Below, piece by piece: positions 42,667 through 53,503 of a stretch of 64,000 bases of DNA. The stretch comes from an uncultured Chloroflexia bacterium (lineage in GTDB: Bacteria; Chloroflexota; Limnocylindria; Limnocylindrales; CSP1-4), in NCBI GenBank assembly GCA_963768655.1, contig CAVYIM010000006.1, forward strand, positions 32,001 to 96,000, read 5' to 3'. The notes under the pieces were generated by a model. The model made no database searches and had not been told where the DNA came from. It saw only the letters and a program-made list of their open reading frames with translations. The position numbers were made by a program, and so were the translations under genes. Each line of letters begins with the position of its first letter. Position 1 is the first letter of the stretch.

Positions 42667-44162
42667 CCGCCGCCGGAGATCGCCTTGGACCCACGCTATT
42701 CGAGCGCTCGCGGCCCGGCCGGGGCGGCGGTCGGATCCCGCACCCGCCCAAGGACGCCCTGGCGCGGATCCCGCCCGACCAGCTTCGCGCCGACGGTCCG
42801 CACCTGCCCGAGGTCGCGGAGCCGGAGCTGACCCGCCACTACGTCAACCTGAGCCAGCTCAACTACGCCGTCGACACGGGCTTCTACCCGCTCGGCTCGT
42901 GCACCATGAAATGGAACCCCAAGCTCAACGAGTGGGCTGCCAGACTGCCCGGCTTCGCTTCGCTCCATCCCTTCGCTCCCGACGAGCTGGCCCAGGGGAC
43001 GCTGGCGCTGCTCTGGGAACTGGAGGGGGCGCTGGCCGAGATCGGCGGCATGCGCGCCGTCACCCTCCAGCCCGCGGCCGGCGCCCAGGGCGAGCTGACC
43101 GGCATCCTCATGGTCCGCGCTTATCACCGCAGCCGCGGCGACCTGGAGCGGAGCGAGGTGCTGGTCCCGGACTCGGCCCACGGTACCAATCCGGCCACGG
43201 CCTCGATGGCCGGTTTCAAGACGGTTTCGATTCCGTCCGCGCCGGATGGGGGCGTGGACCTGGCCGCCTTCCGCGCGGCGCTGGGTCCCAGGACCGCCGC
43301 GGTGATGATCACGAACCCTTCGACTCTGGGCCTCTTCGAGTCGCGCATCGGCGAGCTGCTCGAGGCGGTCCACTCCGTCGGCGCTCTGGCCTACATGGAC
43401 GGGGCCAATCTGAACGCGATCATGGGCCGGTTCAAGCCCGGCGAGGCGGGCTTCGACGTCATGCACATCAACGTCCACAAGACGTTCTCCACTCCTCATG
43501 GTGGGGGCGGGCCGGGCGCCGGGCCCGTCGGGGTGGGGGAGAAGCTGGTGCCGTTCCTGCCCTGGCCACGGGTGCTGCGCGAGCCCGACGGCAGCTTCCG
43601 GCTGGAGCGTCCGGGCGAGCGATCCACCAGCATCGGCCGGGTTCGATCCTTCACCGGCAACACCGGAGTCCTGGTCCGCGCCTGCGCCTACATCCGCGCT
43701 CACGGTGCCGCAGGCTTGTGCGAGGTCTCGAACGACGCCGTCCTCTCGGCCAACTACCTCAAGTCCCAGCTGGCCGGCATCCTCGACGTCCCGTTCTCGC
43801 GCCACTGCATGCACGAGTTCGTCGCCTCGGCCGCGACGCTCAAGGCCGAAACCGGAATCCGCACCCTGGACCTCGCGAAGCGGCTGATCGACTACGGCTT
43901 CCACCCGCCGACTATCTACTTCCCGCTGACGGTGGAAGAAGCGCTCCTGATCGAGCCGACGGAGACGGAGTCGCTCGAGACGCTCGACGCATTCGTCGAG
44001 GCAATCCGGTCGGTCGTGGATGAGGCTCGAGCCGATCCGGATCTCCTTCATTCGGCGCCACATGACTCTCCGGTGCGCCGGCTGGACGAGACTGCGGCGG
44101 CGCGGCAGCCAAACCTTCGCTGGCGGGCGATGACCGGCAGCCAGACGCCATGCCCGGATTAG
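42663..44162 (+). CDS. gcvPB: Glycine dehydrogenase subunit 2
   Basis: PLGSCTMK, SAHGTNPA, HKTFSTPHGGGGPG, IEPTETES. Confidence 0.95.
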   Translation: MTAAGDRLGPTLFERSRPGRGGGRIPHPPKDALARIPPDQLRADGPHLPEVAEPELTRHYVNLSQLNYAVDTGFYPLGSCTMKWNPKLNEWAARLPGFASLHPFAPDELAQGTLALLWELEGALAEIGGMRAVTLQPAAGAQGELTGILMVRAYHRSRGDLERSEVLVPDSAHGTNPATASMAGFKTVSIPSAPDGGVDLAAFRAALGPRTAAVMITNPSTLGLFESRIGELLEAVHSVGALAYMDGANLNAIMGRFKPGEAGFDVMHINVHKTFSTPHGGGGPGAGPVGVGEKLVPFLPWPRVLREPDGSFRLERPGERSTSIGRVRSFTGNTGVLVRACAYIRAHGAAGLCEVSNDAVLSANYLKSQLAGILDVPFSRHCMHEFVASAATLKAETGIRTLDLAKRLIDYGFHPPTIYFPLTVEEALLIEPTETESLETLDAFVEAIRSVVDEARADPDLLHSAPHDSPVRRLDETAAARQPNLRWRAMTGSQTPCPD

Positions 44163-44308
44163 GAGAATCGGAGAGCCCGAGCCAGTTGCTTGAGATTGTG
44201 AGCTGAAATCGTCTCATCGAGACTATTCGCGAGAGCTGCATATGCACAATTTGTAGGGGCGCGTACGCCCGAGCCGGCTTCCGCCGCCGTCTCGAGAGGC
44301 CGGGTCGA

Positions 44309-44450
44309 GCCTGCGACACTGTTGCGGCGAGCGCGGACCTGTTCAAGCTTCGAGCGGCCATGGACGCGATCCAGCAGATCTACGGCTCCGACAGGAACAC
44401 CTACGAGCTGCCGCTCGACTTCCACGAGGACGTTTGGCTGGTCGATCCAC
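44309..44450 (+). pseudogene. Relic of a peptide-binding protein C-terminus
   Basis: LRAAMDAIQQIYGSDRNTYELPLDFHEDVWLVDP aligns with VRAAMYTVQDIYTSDQNNYELPLYYRKNVWLVAP of the downstream binding protein. Confidence 0.8.
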
Positions 44451-44602
44451 TGCATCCGGACGAGTCACGAGAGCGCGCGGCGCCCATCTCCAGGGGGTCG
44501 GTGGGATCGGTCGAGGCCCTCCAGTGAGCAGGTCTCCCGCTCTCAGCGCGGTACCACCAGGTCTGACGCGAAGGGGGGACCGGCTTTGCCGCCTTTGGCG
44601 GT

Positions 44603-44631
44603 TTGACACTGGGACGGTGCCCCGGCATAGT
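44603..44631 (+). promoter_or_regulatory. Sigma70-type promoter of ABC operon 1
   Basis: TTGACA-17-CATAGT. Confidence 0.6.
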
Positions 44632-44766
44632 AGCGACCAGTGACAGCCCGACATTGCCCCCGGCCCAGGTGCAAGTAAAGTCGTGTCCCGGCTTTTCTTG
44701 ACGGAGGGCAAGACGCCGCAGGCCCTAGCCTCGGCGGTTGGGTTGGACTCTTAGGGAGGCGCCTTG

Positions 44767-46614
44767 ATGCGTAAACGGCTGATCAGTGTTTTGACCGTTA
44801 TGGTACTGGTAGGTGCGTGCGGCTCATCGACCAGCACTCCCACTACGGCCCCGACTATGGCCCCGACTCCGGCCCCGACTACGGCCCAGACTACGGGCCC
44901 GACTGCGGTCCCGACTCCGGCCCCGACCCTAGGCCCGGTTGTGCTGACGGGCTCGACCTACGCGCCCACGACCGCCACTCACACCGGTGGCACCGTGGTC
45001 ATCGGCGAGTCCCAGTATCCGGACACGCTGAACCCCTACTACACGGACGCCGAGACCGACTCCGAAGTCGAAGACGGCCTCTTCGACGGTCTCATCACCC
45101 TCACCAACGACCTCAAGTACGCCCCTGACATCGCCTCGAACGTTCCGACCATCGACAACGGCGGCGTCGTGATGACCAGCGCGACCACCATGGACGTCCA
45201 CTGGAACCTCAAGGCGGGCGCCGAGTGGTCCGACGGCACGCCGATCACGTGCAACGACCTCGTCGAGACGTGGCAGTGGAACATGGATCCCAACAACACC
45301 GGCCTCGTCGGTGGCACGACCGGTTGGGCGAACATCGGCGGGATCGACGGTGGGACGGGCTCCAACTGCGTGGTCCACTTCAACAAGATCCCCGCCGGCC
45401 AGACCACGGCCGTCTACGAGGGCTACCTGACCCTCATCACCCCGCTGCCGGCCGCCTACCTGAAGTCGATCTCTGTGGCCGACGCCCCGACCAAGCTCTA
45501 CCCGATGGACAACCTGTCCTCCGGCGTCTACAGCGGCCCGTACATCCCGACCCAGGCCAAGTCCGACGCGCAGATCACTTTGGTCGCCAACCCGAAGTGG
45601 GCGACGATCAGCGGTCATGCTCCCTACCTTGACTCCGTGATCTGGAAGTACTACGGCGACCCGAACTCCGAGATCGCCGGCTACAAGGCGGGCGAGATCG
45701 ACGTCGCCGAAGACCTCAACAACGGCCAGATCCCGGCCCTCGCCGGCATCGACGCCTCGCAGGAGGTCATCCACGACTCATTGACCTACGAGCTGAACGC
45801 CTACAACAACCCGCGTCTCCAGTCCGAGTACGGCAGCGACTGGACCACCATCGTCAAGGCCGTCAAGATGGCGACCGACCGCCAGCAGATCGCGGCCGGG
45901 CCCCTCGGCGGCAACGTCACGGTCACCAACAATTACATCTCGCCCCTGACCTGGTACTACAAGCAGGAACCTGCCCCACAGCCGGCCAACCCGACTGGGG
46001 CCGAGGCCCTGCTCACCGCCGCCGGCTGGACCATGGGCGCTGACGGGTACCTGGCCAAGAACGGCAAGGAGCTCAGCCTCGAGTACTGCAGCACGACGGC
46101 GCAGACCCGCGTCGACACGCTGAAGATGATCGCCTCGCAGCTCAAGGCGATCGGCATCAAGGTCACCGCCAACAACGTCAGCTCGGCTGTCATCTTCGCG
46201 TCCTGGGACCAGGCGACGGACCAGACCGACTGCAACCTCGCCCACGGCACCTTCGACGTCGCCGAGTTCGCGTGGGTCGCCCCGCTCGATCCGATGAGCG
46301 GCTACGGCGTCTACGTCTCGACCATGACGCCCCAGAACAGCCCCGGCCATGCCGGCCAGAACGACTACGGCGTCAACATCCCGGCCCTGGACCAGGCTTT
46401 CAACACCATCATGACCACGGTCGATTTCTCCGCGGTCCGCGCAGCGATGTACACGGTCCAGGACATCTACACCTCCGATCAGAACAACTACGAGCTGCCG
46501 CTCTACTACCGCAAGAACGTGTGGCTCGTGGCCCCGAGGATGCAGAACTTCACCGGCAACCCGGGTACGGGCGCCGGAGAGTGGAACATCGGGGACTGGT
46601 GGGTCACTCAGTAG
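44767..46614 (+). CDS. Peptide ABC transporter substrate-binding lipoprotein
   Basis: Lipobox VGAC, PT-rich linker encoded by a 12-bp repeat (~44840-44930), family 5 motifs WSDGTPIT and SGPY. Confidence 0.9.
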   Translation: MRKRLISVLTVMVLVGACGSSTSTPTTAPTMAPTPAPTTAQTTGPTAVPTPAPTLGPVVLTGSTYAPTTATHTGGTVVIGESQYPDTLNPYYTDAETDSEVEDGLFDGLITLTNDLKYAPDIASNVPTIDNGGVVMTSATTMDVHWNLKAGAEWSDGTPITCNDLVETWQWNMDPNNTGLVGGTTGWANIGGIDGGTGSNCVVHFNKIPAGQTTAVYEGYLTLITPLPAAYLKSISVADAPTKLYPMDNLSSGVYSGPYIPTQAKSDAQITLVANPKWATISGHAPYLDSVIWKYYGDPNSEIAGYKAGEIDVAEDLNNGQIPALAGIDASQEVIHDSLTYELNAYNNPRLQSEYGSDWTTIVKAVKMATDRQQIAAGPLGGNVTVTNNYISPLTWYYKQEPAPQPANPTGAEALLTAAGWTMGADGYLAKNGKELSLEYCSTTAQTRVDTLKMIASQLKAIGIKVTANNVSSAVIFASWDQATDQTDCNLAHGTFDVAEFAWVAPLDPMSGYGVYVSTMTPQNSPGHAGQNDYGVNIPALDQAFNTIMTTVDFSAVRAAMYTVQDIYTSDQNNYELPLYYRKNVWLVAPRMQNFTGNPGTGAGEWNIGDWWVTQ

Positions 46615-46661
46615 TCACCCGCCTGCTTTCCGAGATCGGTCGCACTGACTAGCAGTCCGTA

Positions 46662-46698
46662 GAGAGGGCGGCGAGCCCCTTTGGCACGTCGCCCTCTC
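46662..46698 (+). terminator. Hairpin between binding-protein and permease genes
   Basis: GAGAGGGCGGCG/CGTCGCCCTCTC stem without a U tract; likely an mRNA stabiliser or attenuator. Confidence 0.5.
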
Positions 46699-46720
46699 GC
46701 TTATACGTAGGGATTGCCGG

Positions 46721-47821
46721 ATGCTCAAATACATCGTCAGACGGCTGATCCAGGCGATCCCGGTCCTGATCGGGATCACCCTGGTCACGTTCCTGCTCAT
46801 GCACCTCCAGCCGGGCAATCCGACCGACAAGTTCATGCAGAACCCGAAGGTCACCGCCGACCAGATAGCGGCCTTCGAGCATCGCTGGGGCCTTCTCGAC
46901 CCGCTCTGGCTCCAGTACCTCAAGTGGCTCGGCGTCTGGGGCGACAAGGGTTTCCTCAACTTCCTGCCCGGCGGCACCTGGCACATCTTCGGCCTTAGTC
47001 TGGCCATGCCAGGCGGTGACAACGGCGTCCTCCACGGTGACCTCGGCTACTCCATCACCGATGGACGTCCGGTGGTCGACGTGATCAGCGACCGGTTCTT
47101 CCCCACGATCATCCTGTGCTCCGTGGCCTACGCGATCTGGCTCGTGATCGCGTTCCTCGCCGGCGTCTACGCGGCCGTCCGCCGCTACGGTCTCTTCGAC
47201 TCGGGCCTCACGATCTTCAACTACGTCGGCTACTCGCTCCCCACTTTCTGGCTCGGCCTCATGCTGATCACGTTCCTCACCGGTGGGGATCCCTTCAAAT
47301 GGTTCCCCGCGAGCGGCATGTGGGACGCGCGCACGGTCCCGATCTTCGGCAGTAACGACTACTGGGCATTCGTGCTCAAGGATCCGCTGTTCGCGATGAC
47401 CGACCTGGCGCGTCATCTGGCGCTGCCCGTGCTGACCCTCGTGGTGGTCAACGTGGCCGGTGACTCCCGGTTCATCCGGTCGAGCATGCTCGACTCGCTC
47501 AACCAGGACTATGTGAAGACTGCCCGGGCCAAGGGCCTGAGCGAGCGCCGTGTCATCTTCCGCCACGTTCTGCGGAACGCTCTTCTGCCGGTGCTCACCA
47601 ACGTCGGTCTCGAGATTCCGTTCCTGTTCAGCGGCGCCATCGCCACCGAGACGGTCTTCTCCTGGCCCGGCATGGGCCGCGAGTTCGTGGAGGCCGTCGG
47701 TCACACGGATTACCCCGTCCTGATGGGCATCCTCCTCGTGACTTCGGTCATCGTGGTGGCCGGGAACCTGCTGGCCGACGTGCTGTACGCGGTCGTCGAT
47801 CCCCGCGTGAAATACGACTAG
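46721..47821 (+). CDS. Peptide ABC permease (OppB/DppB-like)
   Basis: YIVRRLIQAIP, GDLGYS, DYVKTARAKGL. Confidence 0.93.
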   Translation: MLKYIVRRLIQAIPVLIGITLVTFLLMHLQPGNPTDKFMQNPKVTADQIAAFEHRWGLLDPLWLQYLKWLGVWGDKGFLNFLPGGTWHIFGLSLAMPGGDNGVLHGDLGYSITDGRPVVDVISDRFFPTIILCSVAYAIWLVIAFLAGVYAAVRRYGLFDSGLTIFNYVGYSLPTFWLGLMLITFLTGGDPFKWFPASGMWDARTVPIFGSNDYWAFVLKDPLFAMTDLARHLALPVLTLVVVNVAGDSRFIRSSMLDSLNQDYVKTARAKGLSERRVIFRHVLRNALLPVLTNVGLEIPFLFSGAIATETVFSWPGMGREFVEAVGHTDYPVLMGILLVTSVIVVAGNLLADVLYAVVDPRVKYD

Positions 47822-47829
47822 GACGGGAT

Positions 47830-48798
47830 ATGGATCCACGCATCGAAGACGTTCCCGAGGCCCCGGACGCCTCCTCGCCGGACTACGAAGTAGCGCTGGT
47901 TTCCCTGAACCAGTGGCAGCTGGCCTGGCGCCGCTTTCGAAAGCACCACCTGGCCTTGATCGGGGCAGGCATCTTCCTCACAATGGTGGCGATCGGCGTG
48001 TTCGGGCCCATCCTGTTGCCGTACGACCCCACGTACGTCCCGCCGGTCACTTCGCAGTACTGTCCGGGAAGCACGACCGCCCTGGCCTTCTCGGGCTGTC
48101 CGCCCCTCACCCCCGGCCACCCGCTCGGCACCACCGGTAGCCTGCGCCTCGACCTTCTCGTCCTGGTCGTCAACGGGGCCCGCATCTCTCTCCTCATCGG
48201 AATCGGCGCGTCCGTCTTCTCGGCTATCCTGGGCACGATCGTCGGCGGCCTCGCGGGCTACTTCGGCGGCTGGCTCGACAACCTCCTGATGCGCATCGTG
48301 GATGTCATGCTCAGCATCCCGATCCTGTTCGTGATCATCGTCTGCGCCCAGTGGTTAGGCAACGGCGACTGGCGGGTCATCCTGCTGGTATTCGCCATCT
48401 TCGGCTGGCAGGGGATCGCCCGGCTCGTGCGCAGCCTCTTCCTGACGCTCCGCACCGAGGTCTTCGTCGATGCCGCGCGGGCGGTGGGGGTCGGCGACAT
48501 CCGGATCATCTTCCGTCACATCCTGCCGAATGCCGTGAGCCCGATCATCGTCGCGACCACACTCTCGATCGCCGGCGTCATCATCGGCGAGGCCTTCGTG
48601 AGCTTCATCGGCTACGGCGTCAACCCTGCGAAGACGCCGACATGGGGCAACGAGCTGAGCCAGGCTCAGGACTTCATCGCCCAGGGCAACTGGTGGTGGC
48701 CCCTCTTCCCGGGCCTTTGCATCGTCTTTACCGTACTCGGCATCAACTTCATGGGCGACGGTCTCCGAGACGCCCTCGACCCCAGGAGCCGCGAGTGA
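47830..48798 (+). CDS. Peptide ABC permease (OppC/DppC-like)
   Basis: GARISL, FVDAARAVG, HILPN, GDGLRDALDP. Confidence 0.93.
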   Translation: MDPRIEDVPEAPDASSPDYEVALVSLNQWQLAWRRFRKHHLALIGAGIFLTMVAIGVFGPILLPYDPTYVPPVTSQYCPGSTTALAFSGCPPLTPGHPLGTTGSLRLDLLVLVVNGARISLLIGIGASVFSAILGTIVGGLAGYFGGWLDNLLMRIVDVMLSIPILFVIIVCAQWLGNGDWRVILLVFAIFGWQGIARLVRSLFLTLRTEVFVDAARAVGVGDIRIIFRHILPNAVSPIIVATTLSIAGVIIGEAFVSFIGYGVNPAKTPTWGNELSQAQDFIAQGNWWWPLFPGLCIVFTVLGINFMGDGLRDALDPRSRE

Positions 48799-49889
48799 GT
48801 GCCCAGCAGGCGACTGCCGCCGCGCAGTCCACGTCCACCCGGACGCCCCCGCCCGACAAGATCCTGCTCGACGTCCGCGGCCTGCGGACATATTTTCACG
48901 TCATGGACGGCACGGTGAAGGCCGTCGACGGCGTCGATTTCTCGATCGCTCGCGGCGGCACTGTCGGGCTGGTTGGGGAGTCCGGCTGCGGCAAGAGCGT
49001 CACCGCCCATTCGATCATGCGCCTGATCGACATCCCGCCCGGCGAGATCGCCAGCGGGGAGGTCTGGTTCGACGGCCGCGACCTTCTCAAGCTGTCCACG
49101 GACAAGATGCGGCACGTTCGCGGCGGGGAGATCGCGATGATCTTCCAGGAGCCGATGACCAGCCTCAACCCGGTCTTCACGATCGGCGACCAGATCTCGG
49201 AGGCGGTCCTCCTTCACAACCAGACCAACAAGAAGGAGGCGATGGAGCGGTCGATAGAGTCCCTACGCCTCGTGGGTGTCTCCGCGCCGGAGCGGCGCGT
49301 GAAGCAGTACCCCCACGAGCTGTCCGGCGGGATGCGTCAGCGCGCCATGATCGCCATGGCCCTCTCGTGCAACCCGAAGCTCCTCATCGCCGATGAGCCC
49401 ACGACGGCCCTGGATGTCACGATCCAGGCCCAGATACTCGAGCTGATCAAGGAGCTGCAGGCGCGAACGGGAACGGCCCTGCTGCTGATCACGCACGACC
49501 TGGCGGTCGTGGCCGAGACGGTTCAGACCATCTCCGTGATGTACGCCGGCCGGATTGTCGAGGCGGGCGCCGTGGACCAGGTGCTGCTCAATCCGCAGCA
49601 TCCCTATACGCAGGGGCTCCTCGGCGCGATCCCCGGGGTCAAGAAGCGCGGCGAGGCGCTCTCCGTCATCAAGGGTGTCGTCCCCAACCCGTTCCGCATG
49701 CCGCCGGGCTGTAAGTTCCAGCCGCGCTGCCCGTTTGCGTGGGAGCGCTGCACCCAGTCAGAGCCGGCTTTGCTGACGACCGCGAGCGGCGCGACCTCAC
49801 GTTGCTTCCTGCATGCGCCCGAGGGAGCCAGCCGGAGGGCGGCTTTCGAGAAGGCCTCAGTCAGGACAGTCGAAAGCGCGGCCGGCTGA
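48795..49889 (+). CDS. Peptide ABC ATPase (OppD-like)
   Basis: [28 protein letters not shown]. Confidence 0.94.
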   Translation: MSAQQATAAAQSTSTRTPPPDKILLDVRGLRTYFHVMDGTVKAVDGVDFSIARGGTVGLVGESGCGKSVTAHSIMRLIDIPPGEIASGEVWFDGRDLLKLSTDKMRHVRGGEIAMIFQEPMTSLNPVFTIGDQISEAVLLHNQTNKKEAMERSIESLRLVGVSAPERRVKQYPHELSGGMRQRAMIAMALSCNPKLLIADEPTTALDVTIQAQILELIKELQARTGTALLLITHDLAVVAETVQTISVMYAGRIVEAGAVDQVLLNPQHPYTQGLLGAIPGVKKRGEALSVIKGVVPNPFRMPPGCKFQPRCPFAWERCTQSEPALLTTASGATSRCFLHAPEGASRRAAFEKASVRTVESAAG

Positions 49890-49890
49890 G

Positions 49891-51042
49891 ATGAGCGACG
49901 TCTTGAACCTAACGACGCAGCCGACCGTCAAGGCTACCGAAGCGGTGGCGACCACGGCATCGTCGACGCGGGCCGAAATCCTCCTCGACGCCACACACGT
50001 GAAGAAGCACTTCCCGATCATGGGCGGCGTCCTGCGGCACCAGATCGGTAAGGTCTACGCGGTCGATGACGTGAGCCTGCAGATCTACCGCGGCGAAAAG
50101 TTCGGCCTGGTGGGGGAGTCCGGCTGCGGCAAGACGACCTTCGGGCGGACCATCCTGCGGCTGGAGCGGGCCACCGCCGGCGCGGTCTCGATGGACGGTG
50201 CGGATGTCCTCGCCCTCCAGGGCAGAGCCCTGAAGAAGATGCGACGGCGAATGCAGATCATCTTCCAGGACCCCTACGGGTCGCTGAACCCGCGGATGCC
50301 GGTCAGCGACATCATCGGCGAGGGCCTCCTGGCCCAGGCCGACAAGGAGAACGGATGGGGCACGCGATCCATCCGTGATGCGCGCGTCGGGGATTACCTG
50401 GAGGCCGTCGGCCTCAGGCGCGACTATTCGCGGCGCTACCCGCACGAGTTCTCCGGCGGCCAGCGCCAGCGGATCGGCATCGCCCGCGCCCTCGCCCTGG
50501 CGCCGGAATTCGTCGTCTGCGACGAACCCGTCTCCGCGCTTGACGTTTCGATCCAGTCGCAGATCCTGAACCTCCTGTCGGACCTGAGAACGGAGTTCAA
50601 CCTCACTTATCTATTCATTGCCCACAACCTGTCGGTCGTGCAGTATTTCTGCGATCGGGTCGGTGTGATGTACCTGGGCAAGCTGGTCGAGGTTGCCGCA
50701 ACGGACGTGCTCTACCAGAGCCCCCAGCACCCATACTCGGTGGCTCTTCTTTCGGCCATCCCGGTGCCGGATCCGCGCGTGCGGAAGAAGCGGCTCGTCC
50801 TCAGGGGCGACGTTCCATCACCGGCCAACCCGCCGTCCGGGTGCCGTTTCCATACGCGCTGCTGGCTCCGCGAGAGACTCGGCAATCCGCCGGAGTGCTC
50901 CGAAACGGAGCCGATCCTGCGGTCGGTGGGTACCGGCCATGAAGTGGCCTGTCATTTCACGGAGCAGGTGACCGCCCAGGCGGCCCAGGAGGCCGCGCAA
51001 GCACAGTCGATCATCGACACTTCCGTGGCCTCGGAGGACTGA
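49891..51042 (+). CDS. Peptide ABC ATPase (OppF-like)
   Basis: [38 protein letters not shown]. Confidence 0.94.
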   Translation: MSDVLNLTTQPTVKATEAVATTASSTRAEILLDATHVKKHFPIMGGVLRHQIGKVYAVDDVSLQIYRGEKFGLVGESGCGKTTFGRTILRLERATAGAVSMDGADVLALQGRALKKMRRRMQIIFQDPYGSLNPRMPVSDIIGEGLLAQADKENGWGTRSIRDARVGDYLEAVGLRRDYSRRYPHEFSGGQRQRIGIARALALAPEFVVCDEPVSALDVSIQSQILNLLSDLRTEFNLTYLFIAHNLSVVQYFCDRVGVMYLGKLVEVAATDVLYQSPQHPYSVALLSAIPVPDPRVRKKRLVLRGDVPSPANPPSGCRFHTRCWLRERLGNPPECSETEPILRSVGTGHEVACHFTEQVTAQAAQEAAQAQSIIDTSVASED

Positions 51043-51210
51043 TCGAGTCGCAATTATCCTATGCGGAGCGACCGGTCCGATGTACGGTGATGTCAGGCCC
51101 CGGGGCGACGAACCCAGGGTTTGAATTTCACCCGGCCAGGTAGGAGGAACCCATCGCGTCTCCGGTCGCGATCGCTGCCGGTTCGCCTGATGGCGACTAC
51201 GAGGAAGGGA

Positions 51211-51372
51211 GTGGAGATAAAGCGTCTAGGCTCCTTCTTGGCCGTTGCGGCCCTGATAGCCACGGCCTGCAGCAGCAGTAGCAGCAGCTCGCCGGCCGCC
51301 CAGTCCACGGCGGTCCAGGAAGCGGCTGCGATGCGTTCCGCCGTAGACCCCGCGGTCGCGCTGCCCGACTAG
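51211..51372 (+). pseudogene. Orphan lipoprotein signal peptide (53 aa): truncated binding-protein gene or mini-lipoprotein
   Basis: GAGGAAGGGA ribosome site; KRLGSFLAVAALIATACSSS resembles KKLGSLLVIAVFAAAACSSS of the next gene. Confidence 0.6.
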
Positions 51373-51642
51373 AAGCTGCCTGAGAAACGGAGGGCTGGCT
51401 CGGGCGAGCCCGATCCGCAATACTCACGCAGGTGCGCTGCCCGAGCCCGCGGTGCAGAGTTCGGGCAAGCGGTTAGGATGAACGGGCACGCATGCGCCGC
51501 GTACGGATGGCGACCCAAATTGGCCGGTAGCGTGCGCTCGAACCCATCGGGCGCGCCGGATGAACCGGATCGGGAAGGCCCAGCGATCGCGACTCGGAGT
51601 CGGGATCGTTTCCCACGTTGACGCACACTGGAAGGAGAGGAT

Positions 51643-53386
51643 ATGAGGAAGAAGCTAGGCTCGTTGCTGGTCATCGCCGTTTTCGCGGCGGCGGCCTGCA
51701 GCAGCAGCGCTACGCCGGTTCCGACACAGGCCCCGACGCAGGCGCCGACGACAGCCCCGACGACGGCGCCAACGACCGCGGTCACGCCTACGCCGGCCTC
51801 CACCGCCGTCGAAGGCGGCACCATGGTGTACGCGCTGAACGGCGACATGGTCTTCGCCGATCCGTCGCTCGTCAGCGACGGCAACTCCCTGTTCGTTGAG
51901 GCCCAGGTCGTACAGGGCCTGCTCGGGCTGCAGCCCGGCACGATCAACACGGTCATCCCGGTCCTGGCCGCCGCTCTGCCCACGGTCAGCTCTGACGGTC
52001 TGACCTACACGTTCAAGCTCCGGACCGGCATCCAGTTCCAGGACGGCACGCCCTTCAACGCCGATGCCGTCGTCTACAACTACACACGCTGGCAGAACTA
52101 CCCGAAGGGCGACCTTCAGGACAACGCCTACTACTACGGCGCCGTCTTCGGCGGTTTCGGGACGAACTCCAACGTCGCCTCATTGTCTGCCCCGGACGAG
52201 CAGACCTTCGTAATTACCCTCAAGACTCCGCAGTCCAACTTCGAGCTGGCCTCGACCCTTGCCGTCTTCGGGATCCAGAGCCCGACCGCGCTCAAGACGG
52301 GCAACGCCGATACGACACCGCTGGCGAACAACAAGTACGCCCAGGGACAGCTCCCCCAGGGCCAGGACATGGTCGGCACTGGCCCGTTCATCTTCAAGGA
52401 ATGGGTTCCGGGCGACCACATCACGCTCGTAAAGAACCCCAACTACTGGGATGCCCCCAACGCGGCTCACCTTGACCAGGTCACCTTCAAGCCCGTCGGC
52501 GACTCGACGGCCACTCTGCAGGACCTTCAGTCGGGCAGCGTCGACGCGGCCTTCTCGATCTCGCCGCTGGACGTTGGGACGGCGAAGAGCTCCGGGCTGA
52601 CGATCATCGACCGCGGCGCGTCCTGCAACCAGCTCAACCTCGACATGAACCAGAGCGTCGGCGGCAAGGCGACCATCTACGCCAACAAGAACGTCCGCCT
52701 GGCGGTCTCCGAGGCTGTCAACAAGCAGAGCTACGTGAGCGCGTTTTACTCGGGCCTGGGCTCGGTGCCGACCGGCTTCATGCCGCCGGCCACCATCGGC
52801 TTCAAGGCCGAGACGCTGCCTTCCTACAGCGTCAGCCAGGCCAAGTCCGACCTGACGGCGTCCGGCGTCACCGGCTCCGCCCTGAACATCGACCTCTACT
52901 ACCCCTCCAACGTGGTCCGGCCGTACATGCCCGATCCCAAGGGCATCGCCACTGCCATCGCCAATGACCTGACCGCCGTCGGGTTCACGGTCAATCTCAA
53001 GACCGAGGACTGGCACGGCGGCTACGTCGACGACGCCACCTGCTGGTAAGTTCCCGCTCTACCTCTTCGGCTGGACCTGCGACTGGGCCGGCGCGGACAA
53101 CTTCCTCTACACGGCGTGGTTCGGCTACCAGGATGGCCAGCCCAACCCGCAGTTCGGCTGGAAGAACGACCAGGCCAATCAGGACATGCTCCAGGCGCTT
53201 CAGGCGACCACCGTGGCCGCCGCGAACACGCTGTGGGGCCAGGTTCAGGATCTCCTCGCTCAGGACCTGCCGGTGGTTCCGATCGTCAACTCTCAGCCGC
53301 CGGGAGCATACACGTCCAGGGTTCACGGGTACGTCGGCGCCAGCAACGGCATCGAGTACCTGAACACCGTCTGGCTGTCCCAGTAG
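51643..53386 (+). CDS. DppA-like substrate-binding lipoprotein with an extra base near 53041
   Basis: Lipobox AAAC, FQDGTPFNADAV, VGTGPF, RPYMPDP; the +1 frame continues AGKFPLYLFGWTCDW...TVWLSQ* to 53386. Confidence 0.88.
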
Positions 53387-53442
53387 CGCCTGCCGCTGAG
53401 CGGCAACGCCGCACGGCAGGGCTGTAGAATTCGGTGAAACGG

Positions 53443-53474
53443 GCCCCCCGGGGTCGGCCAAGACCCCGGGGGGC
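53443..53474 (+). terminator. 13-bp GC hairpin between binding-protein and permease genes
   Basis: GCCCCCCGGGGTC-N6-GACCCCGGGGGGC. Confidence 0.6.
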
Positions 53475-53503
53475 TGTTATCAGCGGAGGGATCTCCTCAC
53501 AGC

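Noticed and set aside
44632-44763. Riboswitch in the leader of ABC operon 1
   Set aside because: No recognisable aptamer consensus.
53030-53050. Programmed frameshift in the binding-protein gene
   Set aside because: No slippery run or stimulatory structure is present, so an error or mutation is simpler.
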